NCBI RefSeq assembly: GCF_041146345.1
Contig: NW_027191404.1
Span: 2,046,001-2,110,000 of the forward strand
Source: Neodothiora populina
Lineage: Eukaryota
Length of the DNA stretch: 64,000 nt
Reading direction: 5' to 3'
Below are positions 51,240 to 64,000 of this stretch, piece by piece (position 1 is the first letter of the stretch; each line of letters begins with the position of its first letter). Below the pieces are notes generated by a model. The model ran no database searches. It worked only from the letters and a program-made list of their open reading frames with translations, and was not told the origin of the DNA. A program made the translations under genes and the position numbers.

Positions 51240-52075
51240 CTACGAGCTTTGAGAAAAGTCGCCAGCGCCACCTGAGAGGAGAAGTCCGATGATGAGACCG
51301 AAGAGTCCAAGAACGGAGCTGAAAATCTCGATGACTAGGATCTTGACGAACCTGAACAGAATATAAGCATTTGCACTTTTGACACAGCACGCAGCAAGCA
51401 CTTACAAGCTCGGGTCGGCAGCATCTGCAAGAGCGGCACTGCTACCGTTGATTCCAACCGATACACCGCAAATCAGGTTGCACATGCCGACTAACACTCC
51501 AGACCAGAAGATGGCGAATCCGACATAGTAGTTGCCTCCAGAATATAGCGCATCCCCTTCTACTGCTGTGACTTTGGCCGAGAAGACGATTGACATGATG
51601 ACTCCGTAAATGGCGACAACTTCGCAGAAGATGATGGAGATCAAGTTCTTGGTTCGGATTCTAGGCGCCTTGACACCACCACCGATGATCGAGGTTCCGG
51701 TAATGAAGATTCCCCTGCGGTATCCGTCTCAGCGTGCATATTTTGCTTAGTATACGTCTCATTACTGACCATGCTGCTCCAACCACTGAAAGGCCGATAC
51801 AGAGGGCGATGCCGGTGTCTGCCCACGCGTAAGGCGAGATGCTCTCGATGAAGTTGCCAACCTAATCAAGTTGTCAGGAATCTTATTGAGCAATCGCAAG
51901 TAATGCCGGTATTGTAGTTGCATACATTGAACGCCTCTCCTTCGCCATTGAATAACATGTCTGCAGCATAATTAGCACAAGTTCAATCGAGGTTCTTTGG
52001 TGATGATCGCGTACACAGTCCGATCACGGACAAGGCGGTGACTGCGCCAGAAGCGCCATACGTGTAAGCTCCCAT
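51240..52075 (-). CDS. VMA16: V-ATPase proteolipid subunit c''
   Basis: [57 protein letters not shown]. 5 exons. Confidence 0.95.
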
Positions 52076-52358
52076 GTCTTCAAGGATACACAGGCACCAA
52101 ATTTACGACGGACAGAAGAGTGAACTCGGTGTGGCTCAAGTGCCTGTGATGTTTCCCACTGAGCTGTTGGTGACGATGTAGCTTCACTGGAGCGGCAATT
52201 ACCGCCGAGCCGCAGTCCAACCTCCGCCGTCTCCACGTGATATCGCATCGAGCGTCAGTTCCTACTACTCAACATAGCTACGCTCTCAGACATTGCATCC
52301 TGTCTTCTTCATGCGCACTTGCTTTGCGCATCATTATCAACTCACTAGATAAGACAGC

Positions 52359-52809
52359 ATGGCGGCCCCAGAGAAGTACTATGAGCTGTACAGGAATACC
52401 ACGTAAATGCGCACTTGTGATCTCCCATGGAACTTGGTGACTAATGCAACCTGCGCCATAGTATCGGTTTGGCTCTGGCGGATACCCTCGACGACTTGAT
52501 CAGTAGTCGTCGTATCGAACCGCAACTTGCCATCAAGATCATGGGCCATTTCGATCAGATCATTAGTCAGGTCTTGGGTGAGAAGGTCAAGGCAAGGATG
52601 AGTTTCAAGGTACAGAGAGCACAATACAGAATGTCTTCTTGCGCAATTCTTAACAATGAAATTATCAGGGCCATCTTGATACCTATCGCTTTTGTGATGA
52701 AGTCTGGACATTTATCATCAAGAATATCAAGTTCAAGCTGGACAATTCGCAGCAGATTGAAGTCGAGAAAGTCAAGATCGTCAGCTGCCAGTCTAAGGAC
52801 AAGGCATGA
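52359..52809 (+). CDS. TOA2: Transcription initiation factor IIA gamma (small) subunit, 3 exons
   Basis: [21 protein letters not shown]…[20 protein letters not shown]…KVKIVSC. Confidence 0.95.
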
Positions 52810-53410
52810 GAGACGACGGGTCGTTGACTATGTTTATCACCCGCAACGCTCGCTCTTGATGCTGCTGCTCTACGGCATCGAGCACTGCTGGGAGAGGTGG
52901 TTCCAGGGATGGGAGGCTATCAACGCGCAACGTCGATAGATTCAAGGGGCGTCTAGGTTCATTCGATCTGCACTAGGTTTACCTTTTCGGCACCTATGGC
53001 ACAAGGCTGCCTTGGTATTCGGCGGCTCTGGGGCGTACATATCAGGCGTTCAAAGGGACTAGGAAATGGTTGCATGGCAAGGGGGGGCGTTATCATCAAG
53101 ACAGGACAGGTGGCAAGGGTGCTATTATCCACACTGGTGCAAGATTCATCTTAATGGCAATCTCAATCATGTTCGAGAACACCATCAAGATCTTGTGAAA
53201 TAAAAGACCAGTTTAACATAGATCGCTATAGCGCAAGTTTTAAGGTACCTACTGTAACTGTGTTCGAGCGACAGAGACCTACCTCATATTCCCCGATATT
53301 TATATCCTTGGCATACAATTCGTCTACCTTACTCTCCGGACCTAAAGTCCGTCCTCGCGATTACATCCCATAACCTAAGGTGTCTTACCAAACACAACCC
53401 CCAAGGAACA

Positions 53411-54219
53411 ATGTCGACACCACAAACAAAGTGGCTCGCATTCGCCATATCAAGCGGCGCATGCGCAGCTCTGAACGGCGTGTTCGCAAAGCTGTAAGTC
53501 CATCGATGAATCAATCTACGCGGCAGCTTCACCTTGACTGACACAACAAAACCTGGCTACCAGAACGACGACGACACTAACGACATCATGGGCGGAATCT
53601 CTATCCCACGTCTTCGGGCTCAGCGAACCGAATAGATTCGTCGAGGTCCTCGTCAGAGGTGTATGTTGCGCGCCCTGCCCTCCTCTCCCACCTCCCCCTC
53701 TCTTTCGTCGCAGAGAGATAATGTATGGTTGCGCACGTACATATACGCTCAGAGACTGACAAGCCGCCCCTTCAAATACAGTTCTTCTTCGTGCTCAACT
53801 TGGTCTTCAACGGCATAATGTGGGGCCTCTTCACGCGCGCGCTGACGCTCGCCTCCTCGACAGTACGAGTCAGCATCATTAACACATCGGCGAACTTCAT
53901 GATCACGGCCGTGCTGGGGTGGATGATATTCTCGGAGAATCTGCCTGGGTTGTGGTGGATGGGCGCCGCGATGCTGGTTGCTGGGAGTGTGATTATTGGG
54001 CGTAGAGAGGAGGGGAAAGAGAGTGGTGCTGCGGGGACTGCGGGCGCGGAGCCGAGTGTGCTTACTGGAGAAGGGGGAGATGAGGATGATCCTGATGCGC
54101 CGCTTGGGGGGAGACGGGGCGATGAGGAGCCGTATAGTGACGAGGTGGAGCTTAGGACGAGGAATGGGGATGGTAGTGGTGATGAGAATGATGATGGGGT
54201 AACAGATAAGCGCCGATGA
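53411..54219 (+). CDS. TMEM42-like small membrane protein (DMT/EamA superfamily), 3 exons
   Basis: AISSGACAALNGVFAKL, NGIMWGLFTRAL, INTSANFMITA and IFSE, with an acidic tail. Confidence 0.85.
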
Positions 54220-54464
54220 AGGCTTTCATTTGGTATCGTAAGTGGCAGAACTGGAAACATTTCTCAACACATCTCACTGCCTCAGGCATCGCAGCAGAAG
54301 CCGTGATGGCGTAGACTGGAATGCCTGCTCGCTCTCGCCACCTCTTCTCTCTCGCGCCATCAATCCATCATAATCTGGTTCTCTTGAGCTTTCTACATCG
54401 TTTGCTTTCTTCGGGGTATATATGAGCAGCGTTGCTCGTGACAGATAGGGTCGTTCTTGGGGCT

Positions 54465-55031
54465 TCAATCGTGCGATTGGACCTTGTGGTCGCCCTTGAC
54501 AGCCTGGGCATAGGTAGGAGGAACGTCATTGCCCGACGGCTTTGTCGACGCTCCTCCCTGCATGCCACCCTCAACCTGTCTGTATTGCTGAGCGCCGGGC
54601 ATCGTGCCGTTCTGCTGGCCGGGGAACTGGTTCTGCACAGTGCCATAGTTCCTCTGTCCCTGAGAGGGGCCCGCGCCACCCTGCTGGACGCGATAGTACG
54701 CCACCCGCCCGCTCTCGGGGTCCTCTTGTTGCACTTGCTCGTAGGTCGGACTCGGACATATCGAGATGATGTACCAGGCGTGTAACAGGCCCGGCAGGAA
54801 GCCCAGGCAGCAGAGAGCGATGTTGATGAGGGAGTCGGCGGAGCAAATGCCTCGCTTGACCCATACGGCGATGCTAGAAGTGGCATACAATCAGTACGTG
54901 GTCCATGCTGTCTGTCTACTTTGCTCGAGTGGTGGAGAGCGGAGTGTGTGGAGAGAGAGGCAAGGTTGGCCCGATGCTTACGGTGGGAAGACGATGGCGA
55001 TGATGCCTAGGAAGATGTCGCTGCCGCACAT
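54465..55031 (-). CDS. Pmp3/UPF0057 (SNA-type) proteolipid with extended C-terminus, 2 exons
   Basis: MCGSDIFLGIIAIVFPP|IAVWVKRGICSADSLINIALCCLGFLPGLLHAWYII, plus a PPTY motif near the C-terminus. Confidence 0.9.
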
Positions 55032-55587
55032 GATGTTGCGATTGATGGGTCTGATGCTTCTTGTCGAGTGAATGGGTTTTCAAGTGATGAAAGAGCTACT
55101 TGGAGTGAGGTATTATTCAGGTCTGATGTTCTTCAAGGTACCTGCTTGGAAAGTTGCTGCCTCCAAAAGGCGAATCTGAGTCTAAAAGCTGAACTTCGTC
55201 ATCGCCATAGCCCCCAGGAGCAAGCAGTGACTTGGCGCGGGGTATCACATGTCGCAACTTACAGATACCTCAACCCTCCATTATACCTAAGGTAAGGTAG
55301 GTACCTTAGTATTCTGTTACAGGAAGAAGCTCCACATCATGTTAGAGACATAAAGCAACTGTACCCCTGCACATGAAACACCGTGTGCAGCAATGAAACC
55401 TGACAACCATTCGTGGTTCTAGTAGCCCCGATGCGGGTGAAGTTGCTGCATATCACCACCATACCCTCGTAGGCGAGCACTCGTTCTTACGCTAGGCATA
55501 CCATGCTGACACGCGATAGACTGTGACATGTATATAGAGACACTTTGCAGATGATGACGTTCTTTGAATCCATTGGGTATATCTCTA

Positions 55588-56874
55588 CTATTGACTGTCG
55601 AAATATTTGTAGACCACAGAGAAATCCTTGTTCTCCAGATCCTCAATTGCTTCGATCTCGTCGTACACTTTGCGTGCATGCGGTCCTAGCCTTGTTTCAA
55701 TCCCAGCCTCTTTCGCAGCTTGGGTCGCTAGCCTCAAGTCCTTGTTCATCAGCTTTACGCCGAATCCTCCAACGTAGCCGTTGCTCGCAGGAGCAGAGAT
55801 CGAGACGCCGGGAACAGGATTATTGACCTCGCTTGGCCAGCATCGTCCAGTGCTGGCATTGATCATGTCTGCTAGTACGGTAGGGTCGAGTCCCCATTTC
55901 ACACCCATTTGCATGGCTTCGGCCGTTGCGATGTTGTTGAGCGCCAGAAGATAATTGTTGGCCAACTTACCCTTGAGACCACACGTCTGTGGGCCAAGAT
56001 AGACTACGCGCTTGCCCATGAGCATCAGGATCTCATTTACTCTTCCTACAAGGTCCTTGTGTGCTCCAAGCATGAAAGTGAGCTTGCCAGCTTCAGCGCC
56101 TACTACACCACCAGACATAGGTGCGTCAACAAATCTACCCTGTTCTGTTGAGTGAACAGCATTGGCGACATCGTGAGATGAGCGTGGATCAATTGTGGAG
56201 CAGTCGATGAAGAGCCTTTCCTTGTTGATCCCCTCCTTGAGGAGGCTAGGTGGCTTCAGCATGCTTTGAAAGACATTCTGCACGTGCGATGGCTCGGGAA
56301 GGACAGTGATGATCGTCTCCTGCACAATGTTCGTTAACATACATATTCTCAAGTCTGTAAGTCTCATGTGCGTTGTGTTTGCGTTTCGTGTCAGAGGATT
56401 GGCTATGATTTGTGATGAATATCATAAAAAGGAGACACAGAATGCGCCTCCCAACTTAGATCATATATTATGGGAAAAAATACTCATCATTAAGAATGTG
56501 TGCGAAAAGTAAGGTGGTTATAACAACGATGAGGACATACCGAGTTCTCGGCCAGGTCGCGAACACCATCCGCGACAACTGTGCCTTGCATCTCGTTGGA
56601 GAAACGCGTGGTGGCATCTTGATTTGTATCATAGATAATGAGCCTGTCAGAGCTTGATAGTTTGGATCGAAGGTTCTTCGCCATGGGGTAACCTGTGCTT
56701 CATCAGTACAAAGTGTCGCGTGACCAATGGCTAAGAAATTGACATACCCATTCTGCCCAAACCAACAAAGCCATAGGTAGTCTGGCGTCTGCTGGTAGAT
56801 CCGAAGCATCTGCGAAGGACTGGACCTTTCAAAGGCCCAGCCTCGCGCTGGAAAATTGGTAGCACAACCATCAT
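55588..56874 (-). CDS. 3-hydroxyisobutyrate dehydrogenase, mitochondrial, 3 exons
   Basis: TYGFVGLGRMG|YPMAKNL, IDCSTID, DAPMSGGVVGA, KLANNYLL and GGFGVKLMNKDL. Start codon approximate. Confidence 0.92.
56386..56495 (-). ncRNA. Intronic box C/D snoRNA candidate in HIBADH intron 2
   Basis: Box C ATGATGA at 56490-56484 and box D CTGA at 56394-56391. The adjacent guide AGCCAATCCT is complementary to the conserved LSU rRNA sequence AGGAUUGGCU. Internal D'/C'-like motifs flank a 9-bp hairpin. Confidence 0.7.
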
Positions 56875-57474
56875 CTTTTCCCACAGTAGGTACTTAGATC
56901 AGAAAGTTGAGCGAAGTTGGGATAACGGCAGCTCAAGAACATGGCGCCGGCCATCAGGTGCGTCTCACACGCATGAGCGGAAATCCTTCTCTCTCATCCC
57001 ATGCCGAGGAAGTCGTAGGATCTGCATGTGGTCGAGAGGGGGTAGGCAGAAACAAGGTGAGAGCTTGTTCTTTTACCGAATGAGGTTTTCCGGCTATTTG
57101 TACTCGCGGGTGGGGGCCTAAGCGAGAGTTTGACAACGCAAACAAGGCAAACATTTATCAAGTTCTTACTTCGGTGTGCAAGTCACAAGCATGGATCATG
57201 AATGCTTTAATTGTTGCCAATTACCAGGCACGTGGGTCGGATCATGTTCGAATGTAGACATGTCCTCCAAAGTAGACATCTGAGGGTTCTCATTGACGCT
57301 TTCTCATTGACGCATGCCTTCGCCATTAGACCGAGCCGTTGCTGTATATTTAGCCCTCGAAAATGCTACAAAAACGCCGTCGCTATGCTGTATCTTAAAA
57401 CATGTCAAAAATGAAATGATGAATACGCTTCCCATAATGTGACTCTTGCGTGACCATCACAGTGTGGTTGATCA

Positions 57475-58579
57475 TCATTGCACTGCATCTGCTGCATCGT
57501 CATCAGGTTGTCTTACTTCCACATCGTCTTCTGCCTGCTCAATCGCGGTCATTTGCTTCTTAGTCAATGGCCTCTTCTTCTTCCGGCCACTAGGGTCGAT
57601 TCGAGGAGCACTAATTGCATCGAGATATGCCTCGTTAGTCAGCGTCGACTTGAGATGAGCAGCACTCTCGGTCTCGGGAACAAAAAGCCGCTCGTGATAG
57701 GCCTCGAACGACTCGGGTTCCTGCCACAATTAGATCATGTACCAAATGAATGTGATTGGCGGTATCACTCACGTCTTCGTCAAAGTAGTTGAACTTGGTC
57801 CACTTCTCCTCTTGAGCAAGCAGGAGCAAGTTCTTCGCTCTTAGTCCTTCTAGGTTGTCAATGTCTCTGTTGTCCTTGTACGTCTGGGCTAGTGCCATTG
57901 CTTGGGCGGGTTTTCTCTCATCAGCGGCCTCTGATCTGCGCGCAGCAGTCTCTTGGTGAACAACGGCATCAACGTTGTGGAATTGAGGGCGCATCTGGAC
58001 AATACCATCCAGCCTGGTGAGATGGAGTTCGTTGCCACGGAAAGCACCGAGCATGTAATTCGGGTTGCCCGTCTCGTCTTGGACAATCTGACCGCCCAAG
58101 GTCTGCTTAGTGTAGACAATGTTCCTGTTCAAGGAGTCATTGAACCGGCTGAGATTCGAGTCAATGGCCTCCATACTCGAGGCCTCGCCGCCGACGCCAC
58201 CAGCACCACGCCCACGACCCTTGGGTGCGCCGGCCGGGGCAAATCCAGCAGCCGCACCGTATGTCGCATTACCGGCTGCTTGGGCTTTGCGCATAGCGTC
58301 TCCCCAGACGAGACCTTGGAATTTGTTGAAATTTGCCGAAGTGTTCAGCTGAACATCCATTTCAATAAAGCCAGCCTGGGGCTTAATGCGCATCTCCGTC
58401 GGTCGCGCACCGTGGCGTTCGTTATAAGGCTGATGACGGGCGCGAACAGGATACTGGAGCAGATACATCTGCTCAGCAGATGCGGGAGTCACATAGACAT
58501 CGTATTCAGCAGTGACCGGATCATCATCCTCATGTGTTCTTCCTGCTGCAGAATCCTTAGCGATGATCATAGAGAACAT
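57475..58579 (-). CDS. RPC37: RNA polymerase III subunit C37/RPC5 (Sin-like), 2 exons
   Basis: DDPVTAEYDVYV, YLLQYPVR, YMLGAFRGNELHLTRLDGIVQMRPQFHNVD and YLDAISAP. Confidence 0.88.
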
Positions 58580-58999
58580 TCAGGTTATGCTTCATCTCAC
58601 ATACGCGCCATCTTCAACGGAAGGAAGCTATGAGTTGAGCGACAAGATCGATTGGACGGTAGCTGTACAAAGTCAATATATGCGACTGTCACTCTGAAAT
58701 ATATGATTATTGTAGCTTGATGCGACAGACATAAATTTACCCCACACAGCGAAAGGAAGAAAGGGTCACAGGCTGTCGGGTCGGTGGATTTTATCTTATC
58801 GCCGCAAACAGCGCGTCATGCGTATAGCTCGCTTTCGGTATATCTCACTCTCTGTCTCCACATATACCATCAAGCTCGCTTATAGACCGGCATCAACACC
58901 ACTCTCGGCTCATCACTCACTAGTGGTGATTGTATCCGCATCACCCACAGAAGGTGTCGTCTGTTTCTCTGTCCACCGAGAGTTGGACCTGCACAGGAA

Positions 59000-61900
59000 A
59001 TGGCGTACCTAGCCTCTATCCATCGGCCGAGCAGTGTTCGACATGCATTGAAGCTCAACTTCCTCGGGCCTGATGACGAGACAGTTGTCATGGCGTAGGT
59101 GACGATATAGGCCCTGCGTCTATGAGAAAAAGGACTAATAGAGATCCAGCAAGGCTAACCGACTCGAATTCTATTCGCCGCAAGAGGACGGCCTCATCCT
59201 CAAGCATTCAAGAGCCATCTATGGCAAGGTCACCATGTTACAATGCCTTAGACCTGTCTCTTCGCCGACAGATCACCTTTTCGTTGGTACTGACAGCTAC
59301 TACTATTTCACTCTGTCCTGGGATCCCGACACTAAGCAGTTGAGGACGGAGGAGTCCTACAAGGATCTAGCCGAGAAGGCGGCAAGAGACTCACAGACTG
59401 GCGAAAGATGCAACATAGATCCAACACGGCGACTCATGACCTTGGAGTTCTACGAAGGAGTAGTCAACGTTGTGCCCATCGCACACGGTGGCAAAAGGAA
59501 GAACGACGCCGAGGTGGGCACTCTAGGTCAGCCCGTGCCGACAAGGATCCCAGAACTGAACGTGCGAGCCTCGTGTTTCCTCCATCGACGGAAAGAGAAG
59601 GACTTTCCGCAACTCGCTCTGCTGCATGAAGATTCAATGGGCAAGGTGCGGCTAAAGCTACGAGAGATACAGTATTCGTCTGCGCTGAAATGGGAAGAAC
59701 CCGGCACCGCAGATATGGACAAAGAAATCGACGTGAAGGGGGAGCTTGAGCTCGGTGCCAGCCATATCATTCCACTTGAGGCACCAGCCTACGGTTGCCT
59801 TATCCTTGGAGAGACATCCATATCATACTGCGATGAATTTGACCACAACCTCCACACGGAGCCACTGAAGGAGGCGACCATCTTTGTTGCATGGGAGAAG
59901 ATCGACTCTCAGCGATACGTTCTGGCTGACGACTATGGCAAGCTTTACCTCCTCATGCTTGTTCTGAACAACAAACACGACGTCGAAAGCTGGCAACTTG
60001 ATGTACTTGGGGAAACTTCCCGCGCATCTACTCTTGTCAATCTCGACGGTGGCCGGGTCTTCGTTGGCTCGCACCAAGGCAACTCGCAGGTGATCCAGAT
60101 CCGGGAGCGCTCTATAGACGTGCTACAGACTTTCCCCAACATTGCACCCATCCTCGATTTCACCGTGATGGATATGGGCAATCGATCCTCGGAGGCTCAA
60201 GTGAACGAGTATTCGTCCGGCCAAGCGCGGATCGTGATTGGCAGTGGCGCATTCAAAGATGGAAGTCTACGAAGCGTGCGCAGCGGAGTTGGACTTGAGG
60301 ATGTCGGAGCGATTGGCGACATGCAGCATGTTACAGATCTTTTCAGCCTGAAGTCTGACCCCAGCCTGGAGTTCGTCGACACGTTGGTTGTGTCATTCAT
60401 CACTCATAGCAGGGCGTTCAAATTTGGTTCTGATGGAGACGTTGAGGAAGTCGAGGAACTGAAAGGTATTGACCTCTCGCAGAGCACGCTACTCGCTACC
60501 AACACGCCTGGCGGTCACATACTACATGTCACCAGCTCCGACGCTTCTATAACAGACGGCGAGAGTGGCATGTCACTAGCGACATGGTCACCCGATGGCG
60601 GTGCATCGATCGCAGCTGTATCGACGTCGAAAACGAGCATGCTAGTGTCCGTCAGTGGTGTAGGTCTTTCTATACTGGACATTGCAAGGAATGGCATCGA
60701 GGTGCGGGCCTCGAGGAATTTCGATGCGTCATCACAGGTTGCGTGCATCGAAATATCCGACTTGGTGGAGAATTTGTGTATCGTTGGGTTCTGGCAGGGC
60801 TCTACTGTAGCTCTCTTGGACTCACGCACCCTCGAGACCGTGTACACCGAAGCTATTGAGGAAGAGAGCATCGCCGTGCCCCGATCCCTACTCGTCGCCA
60901 ACATTCTGGAGGGTTCTCTTCCAACTTTGTTCATTGGCATGGCAGACGGCAACGTGGTCACATACACGATTGATGCGACTTCCAAAACCATATCATCCAA
61001 GAAGAGCACGATACTGGGCACGCAACAGGCAAACTTCAAGGCACTACCACGAGGCACTGGTGGGCAAGACAATGTTTTCGCCATCTGTGAACATCCTAGC
61101 TTGATATACGGGTCTGAGGGTCGCATTGTCTACTCTGCCATAACAGCCGAGGACGCGACCTGTGTTTGCCCCCTAGACACAGAGGCTTACCCAAACGCAA
61201 TCGCCATCGCTACCGATGGTGAGCTGAAGCTGGCCATGGTCGACGAAGAGCGCACCACCCACGTTCAGACTTTACAAGTCGGAGAGACTGTGCGTCGCAT
61301 AGCTTACTCATCAGATCTACGTGCTTTCGGTCTGGGAACCATCAAGCGCACGCTCGAGGACAGCTATGAGAAGATCGAAAGCCACTTCAAACTAGTCGAC
61401 GAGATCGCCTTCCAGGAGCTCGACACTTTGGCTCTGAAGGAAGAGGAGCTGGTCGAGTGTTGTATCCGCGCCAAGCTTGACAATGGTACAGGCGAAGTTG
61501 CAGAACGCTTCATCGTAGGAACAGCATACATGGATGAGGAAAACCCCGAAGCAGCAAGAGGACGCATTCTGGTACTCGAGGTTACGGAAGAGCGTAGGCT
61601 GAAGCTTGTAACAGAAATGTCACTCAAAGGTGCCTGCAGATGCCTGGCAATGTGTCAAGGCAGGATTGTTGCGGCATTGATCAAGACGGTAAGCAAGGTG
61701 GACTGAAATGCGCTTTGCGGCTTATTGCTAACAATACATACAAGGTGGTCGTCTACAACTTCAAGTACGACACGCCGAGTACACCGCACCTCGACAAGGT
61801 GGCCAGCTACCGCACCGCCACAGCACCCATCGACATCTCCGTGACAGACGACACGATTGCGATATCAGACCTTATGAAGAGCGTATCACTTGTGCGTCAT

Positions 61901-62491
61901 GTCAAGGGACATGGCGGCTTGCCGGATTCACTTGACGAGATGGCGCGACATTACGAGACCACGTGGGGAACTGCGGTAGCCAACGTCGACAAAAACAGCT
62001 ATCTCGAAAGCGACGCAGAAGGCAATCTTATTGTCCTAGAGCAGGAGACGGCAGGATTGTCAGAGGATGACCAGAGACGGCTACGCGTGACAAGCGACAT
62101 GCAATTGGGTGAAATGGTCAATCGCATCCGGCGAATTGACGTACAGCCTACGGCAGGAGCAATAGTCGTACCACGAGCATTCTTGGGAACAGTCGAGGGA
62201 TCTATATATCTCTTTGCTCTCATCTCAGAGGCAAAGCGGGATCTATTGATGAGGCTTCAGGAGAACATGGCAAAACAGGTGCAAAGCCCTGGCGGCGTGC
62301 CATTCAATCGATACAGGGGCTTCAAGACATTGGTCCGTGAGGCAGACGAACCCAATAGATTCGTCGATGGAGAATTGATCGAGCGGTTCCTCGATTGCGA
62401 CAAAGAGCTACAGGAGAGTATTGTGCAAGGATTGGGCGTGAGTGTAGGTGAAGTGTGGGAGATGGTGGAGGCATTGAAGAGGCTCCATTAG
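59000..62491 (+). CDS. DDB1: DNA damage-binding protein 1 (CUL4 adaptor), 3 exons
   Basis: MAYLASIHRPSSVRHA, VFVGSHQGNSQ, NIAPILDF, SGAFKDGSLRSVRSGVG, DLMKSVSL and RFVDGELIERFLD. Introns ~59095-59149 and ~61689-61744. Confidence 0.96.
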
Positions 62492-62884
62492 GATGCCGGC
62501 CATGTGGGAGCTCGGTAGTCTGACTTAGCGATAGTGGGAACATGAAACCACAAGACGATCTTTGGACAGACAGAGAAATGCCATGCTGTGCATTTGGACA
62601 GAGTCACACAAACGATACTGCCTTGGGCTCTGAGCGACTTCAACTTCCAATAGCTCGAGGACTAACGTTTCTTGGCGATGACGAAGGCGGAAGCGATAAG
62701 GGAAAGTACCTTACTTTTGGTTTATCAAGTAAATAATAATCCTCCACCAGCACACTGTGTGCCTGCCTCCCCTGATCTGTTTCGTAGACGCGTGACTGCT
62801 CCTAATACACTGACTCCATATCATAAGAATCTCGAATCTCGAGTTAACATTACTACTGGGATTCCTTGCAGACTTGTTGTGACA

Positions 62885-64000
62885 ATGAGGAGACAATCAA
62901 CAATACCCGATCTCCTCGAGTTCCTGCGGACTCACGACGAGTCGTTTCGTAGGTAATGCTTTATCATCTCCTATTTCTTCTCCCTATCTGTCCTGTTTCA
63001 CCTGAAAATCGCCTCCAGTGCATGGAGAGAAGAAAAGAGTGTGCTCGTTCAACACGTCGATGCTCCCCTTCAGAGGACTCTGTACTGAGACATGTGATTT
63101 GTGTCACATTTAGCCGCACCAGATTACAGTCACTCTACTCGGACTTTCGACCACAGCGCGAGACAAACCCAGACAACTATGCAGCCAACAGCGCGGCATG
63201 GATGCGCGCACTCACGATTGCGTCTCGGGCTGGACTATTACCTTTGCGCACGGGAAAGAGCGCACAAGCTGACAGAGCCGGGGCCCGACCCTCACATCTC
63301 GCTTTCACCACTGGGGACGATCTCGCAGCCTCGCTACAGAGTCCGCAGTTCGGGCGACCGCCTGCACTGAATGCTGTGATTAGAGATGCAATAGAGAAGA
63401 AGCAGCTCGTGCCGCTCGATGACTTCCTCAAGGCAAAAAAGAGCATTTATGAGAAGAGCGCGATGCCTAGTCCTTGGGCTGCGATCGGTTGGGGATTCAA
63501 GAAGTTGGGCAACCTCGTGGGTGAGGGAGGGGACAAGCTGGTCATTGGAGGCTATATCGTCATCGCCAATGTCGAGGTATGATCACTTCACGTAGAGACT
63601 ACCTCGCCAGACACTGACAACAAATCGCGAATCAGGAAGCTGCAAAAGTCGTTGCCAGACAGATCAGCGAGCAAGCAGACGCCTCTTCACTGACGTCTCG
63701 CATCTATTCCCGCTCTCTCTTCGAGGCGGAATTCGCACATGCCCTTGGTCCCGCCGAAGACATGGCTCTCAGCAGCGGCGACTTCACCATCCTGACCACC
63801 TACCTCACGCGCGACAAGACCTTGTTGAGCGTTGATGCAGACGGTGAAACGATCAAGATCAAAGCACCGAACGAGACGAAGCCGTCTGCCGTGACCCAGC
63901 AAGACAAGGACATCGCCTCTCTACGCACCCTCATAACCTCCATGACAGCACAAGTCGACAGCCTCAACAACCGCATCTCCGCCCTCGACAAGACTGTCCG
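62885..64000 (+). CDS. CHMP7/Cmp7 ESCRT-II/III hybrid (Snf7 family), partial, runs off the window
   Basis: FR|RTRLQSLYSDFRPQRETNPDNYAANSAAW, GRPPALNAVI and ILTTYLTRDK…IKI. Confidence 0.8.

Noticed and set aside
57953..58633. Long antisense ORFs (also 8604..9326, 14157..14858, 37767..38414, 60515..61126)
   Set aside because: Shadows of real genes on the opposite strand caused by codon bias.

Overview
Gene-dense, intron-containing eukaryotic DNA from a filamentous ascomycete (Pezizomycotina; short GT-AG introns with CTRAC branch sites; the finer taxon cannot be fixed from this window). About 30 mostly housekeeping genes were reconstructed by hand-splicing the ORF track. They include an aldo-keto reductase, a patatin/TGL lipase, QRI7, a monoglyceride lipase, a COL-26-like Zn2Cys6 factor, DCR2, a TRM61-like methyltransferase, an MFS transporter, a LisH/WD40 protein, a SET-MYND protein, CnxE/gephyrin, VMA16, TOA2, HIBADH, RPC37, DDB1 and CHMP7. 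I saw no transposon, rRNA, tRNA, CRISPR array or secondary-metabolite cluster. The most interesting signals are non-coding. (1) A structured ~0.85 kb intergenic element at ~41.1-41.95 kb whose order of parts (TAACCCCTA, pseudoknot, three-way junction, GTATGT) resembles a compact fungal telomerase RNA. (2) A box C/D snoRNA inside a HIBADH intron with a 10-nt guide to LSU rRNA. (3) A recurrent AGGTA/TACCT intergenic motif. Two genes also show apparent single-base frame or splice defects. All family calls come from motif recognition, not database searches, and all RNA pairings were found by eye.
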